In this document: one piece after another, positions 30,838 through 40,840 of the stretch
Layout of the letters: each line of letters starts with the position of its first letter
How positions within the stretch are numbered: position 1 is the stretch's first letter
IMG/VR virus record: IMGVR_UViG_3300005611_000013
Location: 1-64,000 of that record
Length of the DNA: 64,000 bases
Reading direction: 5' to 3' (one strand)
Origin: a virus
Taxonomy: Duplodnaviria; Caudoviricetes
Translations under genes and position numbers: made by a program
The notes under the pieces: generated by a model
The model's input: the letters and a program-made list of their open reading frames with translations, nothing else
Databases searched by the model: none
What the model was told of the DNA's origin: nothing

Positions 30838-31311
30838 CTACTCTTCAATCTTCATGTTGTCAAGTTCTTCTTGAATTTTTTTTTCGTCGTCTGCCGATGG
30901 ATAATATAATTCCCAAGGTTTCCACTTAATTCTAGTTCTATATTCATAAACATCAAGATTTCCATCTTTATCAACATATTGATACTCACAACAATACCAT
31001 TCTTCTCCCTCAATATATTCACTTCCTTTTACTATCTCAAATAATTTTGGAAGTTGATTATCAAATTCATAAATGGTTTCAAAAAATAATCTCTTCCTTC
31101 CAGTATCTATAATGAAGTCTTCAACATACTTATTATACTCTATTGGAAAGAATATATGTTTAACAGATCTCTCTATGATTGGTGCCCTATTGCCCCAATA
31201 ATTTGCGTGAGCAATAAACCCAATTGAAAGGCCCGCAAATAAAAACAAAAATTGATATAGTAATGTTCTTACAACTGTTTTTACAACTATCATTTTGAAC
31301 TCCTTTGCCAA
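30838..31311 (-). CDS. Membrane-anchored hypothetical protein
   Basis: N-terminal TM. Confidence 0.55.
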   Translation of the reverse strand: MAKEFKMIVVKTVVRTLLYQFLFLFAGLSIGFIAHANYWGNRAPIIERSVKHIFFPIEYNKYVEDFIIDTGRKRLFFETIYEFDNQLPKLFEIVKGSEYIEGEEWYCCEYQYVDKDGNLDVYEYRTRIKWKPWELYYPSADDEKKIQEELDNMKIEE

Positions 31312-31544
31312 GAGAATAGATTATTTAGCCAAGCCTTTCTCTTAGAGCATCCACACTCTTGTAAATTAAACCACTCCTTAAAACGTTCTTGAGTGATGCC
31401 AAATTTTGTAAGCACTTCTTCAACAACGTCGCCCAACCCAACTACATCTGATTCTGTATGGCTGTCTTTGTTTAACCCTTTGGTTTCTAATTCTTTTATT
31501 ACCTCGTCCATTTCTTTTCTTATGTCACTCATTCTTATCTCCAT
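31290..31544 (-). CDS. Hypothetical protein (GLGD..CGC..R motif)
   Basis: ORF track. Confidence 0.55.
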   Translation of the reverse strand: MEIRMSDIRKEMDEVIKELETKGLNKDSHTESDVVGLGDVVEEVLTKFGITQERFKEWFNLQECGCSKRKAWLNNLFSWQRSSK

Positions 31545-31962
31545 TTATTGATATTATTCTTTTCTTTATTTCCGAACTACTAATAGATTTAGTATAAGGA
31601 ATATAAACTAGAACCATATGATTGTCTTCTAGCCAATCTTGTGTAAAATTCATTTGTTTATAGTAATCTTTTTTGGCCCAATCATCACCAACTGCGATTA
31701 TATCTGGCCTAACACTTAGTATTGTTGGTTTGCTATCTTCGCCGCTCAAGTTGGGAACGACCTTTTCAACATATTTACAAGATAGTAATACAGACTCTCT
31801 TTCAGAATATGACATAATGGGCGGGGTTTTATATTTAGCAACAAAGTCATCTGTATTAAGACCAACGATAACGTGCTCACAAAGTTTCTTACATTGTCTC
31901 AGGAAATTTACATGTCCAGCATGAAAAAGATCAAAAGTTCCCCCTGTGTACAGGTATTTCAT
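31525..31962 (-). CDS. Cytidylyltransferase (TagD/RfaE-like nucleotidyltransferase)
   Basis: TGGTFDLFHAGH, GLNTD, GDDW, YTKSISSS. Confidence 0.9.
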   Translation of the reverse strand: MKYLYTGGTFDLFHAGHVNFLRQCKKLCEHVIVGLNTDDFVAKYKTPPIMSYSERESVLLSCKYVEKVVPNLSGEDSKPTILSVRPDIIAVGDDWAKKDYYKQMNFTQDWLEDNHMVLVYIPYTKSISSSEIKKRIISINGDKNE

Positions 31963-32360
31963 TTTTTTCTCCTATTTTCTATTATTAGTGGGTTTTTCTC
32001 CCAATTAATATTCTTTTATAATGTTTTCTATGGGAGCTTTTCCCCTAATCTATAGACTATATACACCATAAAACGCATAATTAACCCAAGTAAAACGTAT
32101 GTCATAAAGAGGGTGTTGATCACTACACAAATGCAAAAAACAACTATACTCTCTAACAAAGCATACATAAATACACTATAGTACATATATACCCTATATA
32201 CTGGGATGTGGATTTTGGTGTTTTATTTGGGCTTTTTTTATTGAACGTGGGCCTCCCATAACATATATTTCAAAAAATGTCTTTCCCAATCTTTAAGGAT
32301 CAGAGCATTGTCATATAGGTGTTTTTTATATATGCCCTATATAGAAAAGGTATAAAGTGC

Positions 32361-32636
32361 CTATATTTCTATGTGTTCCATTGCGTACTCTATTATGGAT
32401 ATATACTGGTCTACTTGTAGGGGGGTGAATTCTTTACCTATACATGCCAATCCATACCTATACTGAAGTCTCTGTTTCTTATTATACTCCGTAAGTTCAT
32501 AAAGTTCATTCATTAAATCTATATCCTCGGCCCTATCAAATATATCAAGTAATGTGGTATATGCCGTCGTGTCATTGTATTTCCCATATATACTAGACAT
32601 ATGTTCGTAAAACTTCTTCTTAGATGGTATCTTCAT
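32361..32636 (-). CDS. Hypothetical protein
   Basis: ORF track, RBS AAGGAG. Confidence 0.55.
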   Translation of the reverse strand: MKIPSKKKFYEHMSSIYGKYNDTTAYTTLLDIFDRAEDIDLMNELYELTEYNKKQRLQYRYGLACIGKEFTPLQVDQYISIIEYAMEHIEI

Positions 32637-32702
32637 AAGGTTCTCCTTTATATACGAAAAATTGTACTATTTTGTTACTATTGGGCCTATATAGGGGCAA
32701 AG

Positions 32703-33128
32703 TTATACTAAAAGTCGCTCTGATACGTTAACTTTCATAATTTTATGTGGGGCATTATACATATTTGGTATAAGGGGTGATTGTTTTTCTGGACCCATGT
32801 ATATGTATGTATAGCCAGATTTACCATATACCCTAAGACCAGATACGTCTTTACCTAATACAGTGTATATACCGGGATCTGACATATATGTCTTCTCGCC
32901 TTCTTGGTTTATATAGTAGGTGCCAGAGCGGCCCATAACTTTAATCCTTTGGCCCACCTCAATATCACTCCAGCTTATACTCTCTAATTTCTTAACATGC
33001 TTCTTCTTTACCTTGCTACCCTTGGCTCGCACCTCAAACGACTCCCCACAATGCTTACAGGTGTACGCACGGGCACCATTTATTTGATTGCACTTCCCAC
33101 AGAGCTTTTGTCCACGTTTTAATTTCAT
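32703..33128 (-). CDS. Zn-ribbon hypothetical protein
   Basis: CGKC..CKHC; sigma70 promoter at 33194-33221. Confidence 0.6.
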   Translation of the reverse strand: MKLKRGQKLCGKCNQINGARAYTCKHCGESFEVRAKGSKVKKKHVKKLESISWSDIEVGQRIKVMGRSGTYYINQEGEKTYMSDPGIYTVLGKDVSGLRVYGKSGYTYIYMGPEKQSPLIPNMYNAPHKIMKVNVSERLLV

Positions 33129-33633
33129 TTTAATTGTACCTCATTTTTCGCTGGCTGTAGACATCTGGACGATCTGTATAGTTCCGCCAGTACATTCTAC
33201 TCTATTATCGGCACTTGTCAAGTACCACTTTAATTTTTATTCTCTTTTGGTATATATGTCTAGACCCCATCCCTTATCAGATACCATAGGTTCTGATTGG
33301 AAAGGGCCAGTATTAGCTTATAGTGGTATGTATCTGATATATGGACCAGGACGCTGGGGTCTATGTAGGATCAACTACCTACTCGTTGCCTGGACGGCCC
33401 AATGGCCTTTCGCTAACACTCGTCTCAACCCACTTATGAGGACTAGCCTCTCCAAACGTCGTATATTGTTTGGCTTTCTTTATGCTTGGTATTGTTTTTC
33501 GTCTAATAATCCAAGAGAATAACGACATAGGGGAGGATTTCCAGCCCACCCCTCTACATACTAACGTCTTAATCAGATTATTGCAAGGGCAATTTTTCTG
33601 AAATTCCGCTGGCTGTACCTATGTTGCCGATCT

Positions 33634-33996
33634 TTAAAGTTTGGGTAAGACAAACTCTAACTTATTATCCTTCATATTGACGGCGTAACTATTAGCCATC
33701 CTTATAGTGTCTATATCGTGAATTACACACTTAGCATATACATTAACCCGCCACCTATTTTCAAATGTATTAATAGACCTACAATGAGAATAATTACTGG
33801 GCTTCTCAATGTAATTAAAAATTAGATCACAAGGGGTCATCTTCATATCCATAAATTCTCCTATAAATAGTAAAAACCGCTGGCTGTACCTATGTTGCCG
33901 ATCTGTAAAGATAGGGTAGTACAACCCTGAACCTTTGTACACTACTATACATCTGTACACTAGTGAACATACGTACACTACTATACATACATACAT
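33634..33996 (-). CDS. Hypothetical protein (real start probably MDMKMTP near 33850), flanked by a ~30-bp direct repeat
   Basis: CCGCTGGCTGTACCTATGTTGCCGATCT at about 33606 and 33877. Confidence 0.5.
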   Translation of the reverse strand: MYVCIVVYVCSLVYRCIVVYKGSGLYYPIFTDRQHRYSQRFLLFIGEFMDMKMTPCDLIFNYIEKPSNYSHCRSINTFENRWRVNVYAKCVIHDIDTIRMANSYAVNMKDNKLEFVLPKL

Positions 33997-34050
33997 CCAT
34001 TAATCAATCTGATGGAACTCCATTATACCATGAGGAAATCTGAAAGTCAA

Positions 34051-34132
34051 CGTAAGTGCTTGATATCATTAGACTTACGTCACCGACGCCCCGCCCCCCG
34101 AGCCGTAAGTCCTTTGTTTTCAACGACTTACG
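34051..34132. repeat. Palindrome doublet A1 (34051-34079, 34104-34132)
   Basis: CGTAAGT-N15-ACTTACG x2, 53 bp start-to-start, C-rich linker. Confidence 0.95.
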
Positions 34133-34209
34133 TCACCGGGGCGAATGGAGAGCGGGAGAACGGGGCTGATGAACAGATGAACACGGCCCCGTCTCCCTTC
34201 CCACCACCT

Positions 34210-35412
34210 TTACAGTGTAAGAGCGTACACCTTCTCATAATCCTTGTCGGTGTACGTTCGTGAACGTGCGAGAATGTTAGTCCATCGTGATGCACTAGTG
34301 TCCATCAGTAGACCGCCGATCTCATCAAGACGAACCCATGACTCATTATCAAACACCTGACCCGCACGGGTGATGGCGTTGATGATACCAAACTTGTTAT
34401 GCTCATGGGTTTCATGGGCAAGATACTGCTCAAGCGTTTCCGTTGCCTGTTTCTTGCTCAACTTGAAGTCGGAAGCAACGGCAGCGATAACACCCTTGGC
34501 GTTTGCATTGTCCATTGATTCCGCACGGGTATCAAGGAACTTACGAATACCGTCAGGAAGGATGGACAACTGAAACTCAATGTTTTCAGCAATCATAATC
34601 TTGAGTTTATCAAGATCAATCTTTCCACGGTGAACCCGTGAAATATCCTTACCCTTTGTCTGACCCCAGATGCAACCATTCATGCAGATCGCACGAAAGA
34701 GGCTAGGCGTCTGCGTGATGCGGCGTTTGCCGATCTCACAGTTACCCACAGAAACCATGCCACCGTAGTCGGTGTCGTCATCCTGACCATAATCAATAAC
34801 AGAGTCAGGAATCAGAAGGTTGCCGTAGATAGTATCCTCATCACCCTTCCAGTGTGAGAACCGTGCATCGGGCAGGAACTCACGAAGAGTTTCCAGATAC
34901 CAGCGGTTATCAATCGGGGCATACTTATCGGTAACAAACGCACGGGCAGTCCCGTCAGTATAGGTGCGAAGGCGAAACTCCTTGTCGGCATCAATCCGAC
35001 GCAGAGCGTTATTGCCAATGCGGGCCATGAGGTCGGCATCGTGCTCATCGTACCCATCCAGTTTGCGAAGTTCACGCATGACGCTGGACGATGGAACCTT
35101 GGTGCGGATGCTAAACTGCTCCAGGCAGTGATCCGTTGGCGTGAACGAGCGACCGTCAGCAGTGGTGAACTGCATGACATCATTCACAACCGTGCAGGAA
35201 ATCTGCCCAGCCTTGACCATGACATCCTCACGGTTATCAATGGCGTTTTGAGTCTTCTCAAGAACGTCATCGTAGGATTCAGTTTTAGCCCACCAATCTT
35301 TGTGGACATGGGCATTCTCTGCAAATCCTGTTCCGGTCGCACCTGTCAGGTTGCGAACAAATGAACCCGCAGTAATATCGCTATCAATCTTGATTTTCTC
35401 GTAAACAGTCAT
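34210..35412 (-). CDS. DUF932-like phage/plasmid protein
   Basis: ARAFVTDKY..IDN, GNCEIG..., FRAICMNG, VHRG. Confidence 0.7.
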   Translation of the reverse strand: MTVYEKIKIDSDITAGSFVRNLTGATGTGFAENAHVHKDWWAKTESYDDVLEKTQNAIDNREDVMVKAGQISCTVVNDVMQFTTADGRSFTPTDHCLEQFSIRTKVPSSSVMRELRKLDGYDEHDADLMARIGNNALRRIDADKEFRLRTYTDGTARAFVTDKYAPIDNRWYLETLREFLPDARFSHWKGDEDTIYGNLLIPDSVIDYGQDDDTDYGGMVSVGNCEIGKRRITQTPSLFRAICMNGCIWGQTKGKDISRVHRGKIDLDKLKIMIAENIEFQLSILPDGIRKFLDTRAESMDNANAKGVIAAVASDFKLSKKQATETLEQYLAHETHEHNKFGIINAITRAGQVFDNESWVRLDEIGGLLMDTSASRWTNILARSRTYTDKDYEKVYALTL

Positions 35413-35456
35413 ATCAATCTCCTAAGTGGTGGGAATCAAACTCAACTCTGTATATC

Positions 35457-35702
35457 TTACTCTACTTCATCTTCATTGTCAAGGTCAAAAATCTGATCAA
35501 AACAAGAGCCACAAGTACTACTGATCAGAAGTTCACGTTCGCCAGCAGAAAGGTATGGCATCATGTCTTGAATAAAGGCTTCGCCAGAACACCAATCGGC
35601 ATAGTCTTGTGGATCAATGTACATGGTGTACAGAATGCCACAGTGCTTGCATCGCACATTGAACGGGTATCGCGGGTTTTTCGTCATATGGGCAACCATC
35701 AT
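35457..35702 (-). CDS. Small Zn-ribbon protein
   Basis: CKHC...YLSAGERELLISSTCGSCFD. Confidence 0.65.
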   Translation of the reverse strand: MMVAHMTKNPRYPFNVRCKHCGILYTMYIDPQDYADWCSGEAFIQDMMPYLSAGERELLISSTCGSCFDQIFDLDNEDEVE

Positions 35703-35781
35703 TTCTCTCCTTCGTGTCCCTTGATTCTACACTACGTATCGTCCATGTCAAGGGGTTTTCTTGAGGAAAAATATTTTGTGT

Positions 35782-35863
35782 CGTAAGTCCTTGATATGAC
35801 TAGACTTACGTCGCCGCCGCCCCGCCCCCCGGAGCGTAAGTCCTTACGCCCCAAGGGTTTACG
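35782..35863. repeat. Palindrome doublet A2 (35782-35810, 35835-35863)
   Basis: Same architecture, 53 bp; right arm of second copy GTTTACG. Confidence 0.95.
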
Positions 35864-37592
35864 TCACTCAACCGGAAAGAGAAGTAGTTGAGGCCCGTTA
35901 GCAGTATATTCCACCTGTTTATCAAACTCTTTTAGTTCATAACCATAATCATCATCATAACCATAGGTTGCCTCTTCTATTGCTTGCATTTCTAGACGTT
36001 TGAGTTTTTCTTCATTTCCATCCTCAAACAGTTCATATAGAAGCATGTGGGCAACTTCATTATTTAACCATTCGTGATATTCACTTTCCCAAGTATCAAA
36101 GTACATTTCTCTGAGTTGCTGGGGCGTGTAAAGATCAAAAATACTACTTGCCATTATAGTGTCTCCCTTAGGTTCATTTATTCTGCTTCGCTGTAAAAAG
36201 CAAAACTCTGAAAAAGACTATCAACTTCATCTAGAGTCCAAGTATAACTAGGACTATTTCCCTCATAATGCTTAATGTGTTCACTCAAACACTCTAGAGC
36301 ATCCAGAATAATATTCATATCATGCTTTTGAATATAGTAAGTCATATTATAGTGACTCCCTTATTACCTGTACCAGATTAGACACATCGCCCAACTCATA
36401 CGCAAGATAATCATCTTCCATCTGATCTATAATCTTTTGTAAATTACCTTCAATCCTTTCTAGTGCAACCTTCAGGTCTGCTAGTGTCCAACGCTCGTCT
36501 GGATTCATATCAATAGCAGACATTATTTTTTCTTTGGAGATTTTCATGAATATGTCCTATCAGAGTAAACTTCCTCACCATTCTCGTCTTCAACAAGAAT
36601 ATCGGAATGGTTCCACCCTAGTTCCTGAGCGTCTGACATAGCGTGTTCCATGCTATAGATAACGTACTCATCCTTATACTCGTTGTCAAGAGCAAGCCAC
36701 TGTTTGGCAGTAATGAATGAGCTAGAAGCCACACCCTCATATAATCGCATAAAGATTGTGTTATCATCAAGAACCATATAACCACTAAACTCTACAACAA
36801 CTTTTCCAGCCATTTTAGCACCCCAAACTAATAAGAATGTCTTCGGAACCTTCCCAATCCAACTTGCGGTCCAGTATATATTCTAGTTGGGCCTTTGTCA
36901 AGAGGGTATCAGCATTATTTCCGAAAGAAATCTCACTATGATTAACCTCCCCAAAAACCGCTTCAATATCCAACTTATTAAACTCACAAAGGACTTCTAG
37001 AGTTACGCATTCAATGGTGAAAGTTTTCATCACTCGTCCTCCTGTGGCGACTCGTAGTCCTCGGCCTCCCAGTAGCACGGTGCTACTGGCTGTCCAGTAA
37101 AGTGAGCGATAGCCCGTTTGGCCCGCAGGATCATGTCTCTTTGCGAGTGCATATCCATGCCGGTCTGCTCATGGCATTCAGTGTCGTACTCATACTCCTC
37201 TAAGATGTCGGCCAGCACACTATGAAGTTCACACGCTGCCTGTGGGTTGCTTTTCATCACTCGTCCTCCTCCCATGTTATTCAAACTCCTTCAAGTGTTT
37301 AACGATAGAATCCCTGCGGGTACGTTGCCGTTTGGGGCGGTTGTCCATAATAGTAACTTTGCGGTCCTGTCTGTGTCCCGTAGGGACTTGCCAGATTTTG
37401 CGGGGGCTGATTTTGATACCCTTGATTTTGTGGTACGTTTTGCTCATACATATAGCCTTGGTGATAAATGTAATACTTTCCTGTTTGTGGGTTATAATAC
37501 TGTTGCACCGGTTGAGGGTGATATTGGGCAGGATTCTTGAGTTGATTACTTGCAAGACCCAAAAGCCCCATCACTACTACTAAAGTTTCCAT
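35864..37592 (-). other. Cluster of short acidic hypothetical genes plus a Q/Y/P-rich ORF
   Basis: 35864..36154, 36347..36547, 36544..36813, 36815..37030, 37030..37257, 37299..37592; ~20-nt RBS+start repeat GGAGGACGAGTGATGAAAA used twice. Confidence 0.65.
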
Positions 37593-37694
37593 ATTATAAC
37601 CTCATTCGTTGTTTGAGATAAGTGTCCAAATGAACACCATGATGAATAGTTCTATGATATAGGCAACCCTCCTTTCTCATTACATAATGGAGAG

Positions 37695-37770
37695 TAGGGC
37701 GTGCTGGAGTCGAACCAGCCTATGAACACCTTATAAGAGTGTCGGATGCAACCGGCTTACCTTACGCCCC
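37695..37770 (-). tRNA. tRNA-Ile with UAU anticodon
   Basis: Acceptor GGGGCGT/ACGCCCT-A, stem ACACT/GGTGT, loop CT-TAT-AA, T-arm GCTGG-TTCGACT-CCAGC. Confidence 0.88.
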
Positions 37771-37823
37771 GTCGTGTGAGCGACATGCACCATTATAGCA
37801 CATGCCGCCCACACCGTCAAGGG

Positions 37824-38072
37824 CTAGGACAAAACGGTATCAACCATCTTGTCACATCGCAGGGTACGATACTGACGACTCTTTGGCTCAAGAACCAGAG
37901 CGTATCGGCCATGAGGACCGTCGCCCACCTTCTCAACCACGCCATCGTGCCACTTCAGCACATTCAGACGGCCATGCTTAGGGTACTTGCAACGGATATG
38001 CTGACCAACGGTAAGAGCCTTAGAAACTTCAACGTATGACATAAAATCAACCTCCAAAAACAATAGATTCAA
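37824..38072 (-). CDS. Small SH3/WYL-like hypothetical protein
   Basis: ORF track; beta-rich with C-terminal YRTLRCDKM. Confidence 0.5.
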   Translation of the reverse strand: MNLLFLEVDFMSYVEVSKALTVGQHIRCKYPKHGRLNVLKWHDGVVEKVGDGPHGRYALVLEPKSRQYRTLRCDKMVDTVLS

Positions 38073-38456
38073 CTTGCGAGAACGTCAACGCGACGATCTT
38101 CCCCTTGACATCAACCTTTACACCCTCGCGGGTGATGGAAACAACCTTACCATCTGCAAGGTCACTCCCAAGTCCGATCAGTGGTTTCATTCACTCCCTT
38201 TCTTAATGGGCTACTTGTTATATCGTCATTTTATCAGAGGAACTTGAGTTGTCAACCGTTTTTTTCGTTTTTTTGGCTGACTACCCATTTTCCCATGATC
38301 TTGCTAGATCAGCTAAGACAAACCCGTACAAGTGTTCAGTACTGTACAGTGTACACCACTGATCATCTGTCCAGCTTAATCCCTCCTCACTACTCCCTCA
38401 TTCTACACTATCATCGTCCTATGTCAAGGGGTATCTTGAGATTTTCTTGTGAGTGT

Positions 38457-38538
38457 CGTAAGTCTTTTGTTTTCAAGCACTTACGTCACCGGCCCCCCGC
38501 CCCGCGAGTCGTAAGTCCTTTGGTATCAACGACTTACG
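38457..38538. repeat. Palindrome doublet A3 (38457-38485, 38510-38538)
   Basis: Same architecture, 53 bp. Confidence 0.95.
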
Positions 38539-38582
38539 TCACGCGAGGGTTTTGGTGAACATGCGTTCACGTTATATTAACA

Positions 38583-39287
38583 TCAGTGAGAAGGGAATAG
38601 TACATTTTTCTTACCGCGAGGACACATATTGCAGGCGTTACTATCTTTACTTCCCGTGCATGTTACAAAGTCACGGCCCTTGCGAATCTCCGGACATGTT
38701 ACAAATGTTTCACCTTCCAACACCACAAGTTTAGGAAGGGCGGCTTGCCACTCGGCTTTCTTTACTTTACCGCGAGGACGCTTTGATACAATGGCCTCGT
38801 CGGAATCACACCACGCGAACAGTTTGAAACCTACTCGCTTGGCTTCTGCCATATCTTCCGCATTGTGAATGCTAGCATACACTGCCATATACTTTTCTAG
38901 TGAAACAAGTCGGCTATCATAAATATGAGTATAAAACCACATATCGGGAAGAGTATAACCGGACTTGATAACAGATTCACAAGCAACACTAACATTATTA
39001 ACATAGTCCTCATCAAGTTTTCCATCAAGAAACCAATCTCCCCGTTCGTGCCATCGGATAGACTTTCCACGCTTAATAGCATCAATGATCATGCTGCGAA
39101 TGCGGGCTACTTCAGTTATAACGTTTTGCATACTGGCGGGGCGAACATTCTTATACTGTCGTTCCGTCGCTTCGGCATAGCACCCATTGCCCAAGAATGC
39201 ACACGTTGAGGGGCAAGTATCGCCCACCGGACGGCTAACAACAACGCAGCCCTTACCCAGTTTGTCGTTCCCGTTTGCTACTTTCAT
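38583..39287 (-). CDS. Cys-rich phage protein (GP88-like, possibly Fe-S/radical-SAM-related)
   Basis: CPSTC..CYA, RWHERGDWF, C-terminal CPE..C..C..C. Confidence 0.5.
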   Translation of the reverse strand: MKVANGNDKLGKGCVVVSRPVGDTCPSTCAFLGNGCYAEATERQYKNVRPASMQNVITEVARIRSMIIDAIKRGKSIRWHERGDWFLDGKLDEDYVNNVSVACESVIKSGYTLPDMWFYTHIYDSRLVSLEKYMAVYASIHNAEDMAEAKRVGFKLFAWCDSDEAIVSKRPRGKVKKAEWQAALPKLVVLEGETFVTCPEIRKGRDFVTCTGSKDSNACNMCPRGKKNVLFPSH

Positions 39288-39373
39288 TTTCTCGTCTCCG
39301 TTGGTGATGCTCTCATTCTACAAAGTATATCGGCAACGTCAAGCGGTATTCTTGAGAAAAAAAAAGATTTTTA

Positions 39374-39428
39374 TGGCACACGGTTTGCACGGGCAAATAT
39401 CATGCCAAAGCTGCGGCACAGAAAATGC
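39374..39428. promoter_or_regulatory. sigma54 box triplet (+,-,+)
   Basis: TGGCACACGGTTTGC (+39374), TGGCATGATATTTGC (-39407), CGGCACAGAAAATGC (+39414). Confidence 0.75.
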
Positions 39429-39440
39429 CTAGAGAAGTGA

Positions 39441-39522
39441 CGTAAGTCGTTGGTATGACTAGACTTACGGCTTTGCCGCCCCGCCCCCCGAGTCGTAAGT
39501 CCTTTGATTGCAAGGGTTTACG
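39441..39522. repeat. Palindrome doublet A4 (39441-39469, 39494-39522)
   Basis: Same architecture, 53 bp; TAA stop of ORF 39518..39928 lies inside the second copy. Confidence 0.95.
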
Positions 39523-39928
39523 TCACCAAGCAATCTTGATCAATGTAGCACCTATGCCCACTAGTTATAATAGTGTCCACATGTCTACCATTCCAGTTTT
39601 CTTCTGGAAAACCCTCCAAACGCCACGCAGTATCAACTATGGGGTTAAAGTATAAGCGAGGATACTCGTCAGTATTTGCAGGACTAAAAACACTAAGATC
39701 ACTACAAAACACATTGCGACACTGAACCCATCCACAAACGTCTTTAACTCCTGCGGCGTATACTTTTCTCGCTTTTGATTCATTGCACACTAACTCACAA
39801 TCTACCATAGTAAGTTGATATTTTGTTGGGTCAACATAAGATGGGGCACACTGCCTATCTTTCCCATCACGAATCTGCCAAAACTTATAGTAAGGTCCAC
39901 GTTGAAGGTGAAAACGAACATTATACAT
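39518..39928 (-). CDS. Hypothetical protein
   Basis: ORF track, RBS GAGG. Confidence 0.65.
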   Translation of the reverse strand: MYNVRFHLQRGPYYKFWQIRDGKDRQCAPSYVDPTKYQLTMVDCELVCNESKARKVYAAGVKDVCGWVQCRNVFCSDLSVFSPANTDEYPRLYFNPIVDTAWRLEGFPEENWNGRHVDTIITSGHRCYIDQDCLVT

Positions 39929-40146
39929 TTAGTTAACCTCTTCGTAATCGTAATCTTCGTCGTAATCATCGCCCACGTAGCAGTCTAGTTCATCATCATA
40001 CCACCACATCTCAGATATGTCAAGATCATCTTCATCCATTTTCATCACCATAAAAAGAGTAAAGGAAACAAAGAAACATAATACTTAGTATGAGTTCAAA
40101 CATTGTATATTCCTATTATACACAGAAAAACGATACTTGTCAATAG

Positions 40147-40219
40147 TAGGGGCGGTGGGACTCGAACCCACGATTTACGGTTTAAAAGACCGTTGCTTTA
40201 GCCACTAAGCTACACCCCC
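40147..40219 (-). tRNA. tRNA-Lys(UUU)
   Basis: Cloverleaf, loop CT-TTT-AA; own sigma70 promoter 40228-40255. Confidence 0.93.
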
Positions 40220-40256
40220 ATATTATCATTATACGACACTTGCGAATCCTGTCAAG

Positions 40257-40340
40257 TCCCAGATGGAGGAATTGAACCACTTGACGCCACCCTACATAAT
40301 ATGTCAGTTGATTTACAGTCAACCGTAGGGATCATCTGGG
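40257..40340 (-). ncRNA. Atypical D-armless tRNA-like RNA with GUA anticodon
   Basis: CCCAGATG/CATCTGGG stem, GTTGA-CTGTAAA-TCAAC arm, GG-TTCAATT-CC T-arm, no D hairpin. Confidence 0.6.
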
Positions 40341-40348
40341 TATTATAG

Positions 40349-40840
40349 TTACCACCAATCGGGAGCGGGCCTGCCCTTCTCCCACTTGGCAAATCTTGCT
40401 TTGTCCATTTTATAGTATTTGCGGTAACTGTCAACCGCATTTTCTGAACGATATTCTTCCGGCATGGCCTGTGCATATGGCGTTTGTGGCCCAATGTTAA
40501 TATAGTCCATCATATCGGCCATTTGTAATATACCATTATGACATGAGTGACGTTTACTATAACGCATAGTATATTCTTCACATAATGCTATACCATGAAG
40601 AGCGGCCCATACAAAGTTAGTTATACTATCGCCAATCCATATTGTAACGGGATGGTGTTTATATCCACCTATAAGTGGAGTACCCTTAGACGTTAGCGGC
40701 ATAGCGGAATCGGTAGCACCGTGGCGACGTAATGCACTACCCATCATCTGGAAAGTTTCAACAACCATTTTTGGTATATGCTTATCACACATACTTTGGG
40801 CTGCTATCTCTGGATCGTTATCTAATACGAAAAGATTCAT
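40349..40840 (-). CDS. Pyrimidine-dimer DNA glycosylase (DenV-like) family protein
   Basis: MNLFVLDNDP..AAQSMCDKH..KM..E..QM; HP..IW; QAMP..Y...YRKYY. Confidence 0.8.
   Translation of the reverse strand: MNLFVLDNDPEIAAQSMCDKHIPKMVVETFQMMGSALRRHGATDSAMPLTSKGTPLIGGYKHHPVTIWIGDSITNFVWAALHGIALCEEYTMRYSKRHSCHNGILQMADMMDYINIGPQTPYAQAMPEEYRSENAVDSYRKYYKMDKARFAKWEKGRPAPDWW

Noticed and set aside
38040-38180. Possible structured RNA between tRNA-Ile and module A3
   Set aside because: Reads as a 47-aa ORF (MKPLIGLGSD...) with an RBS; no cloverleaf
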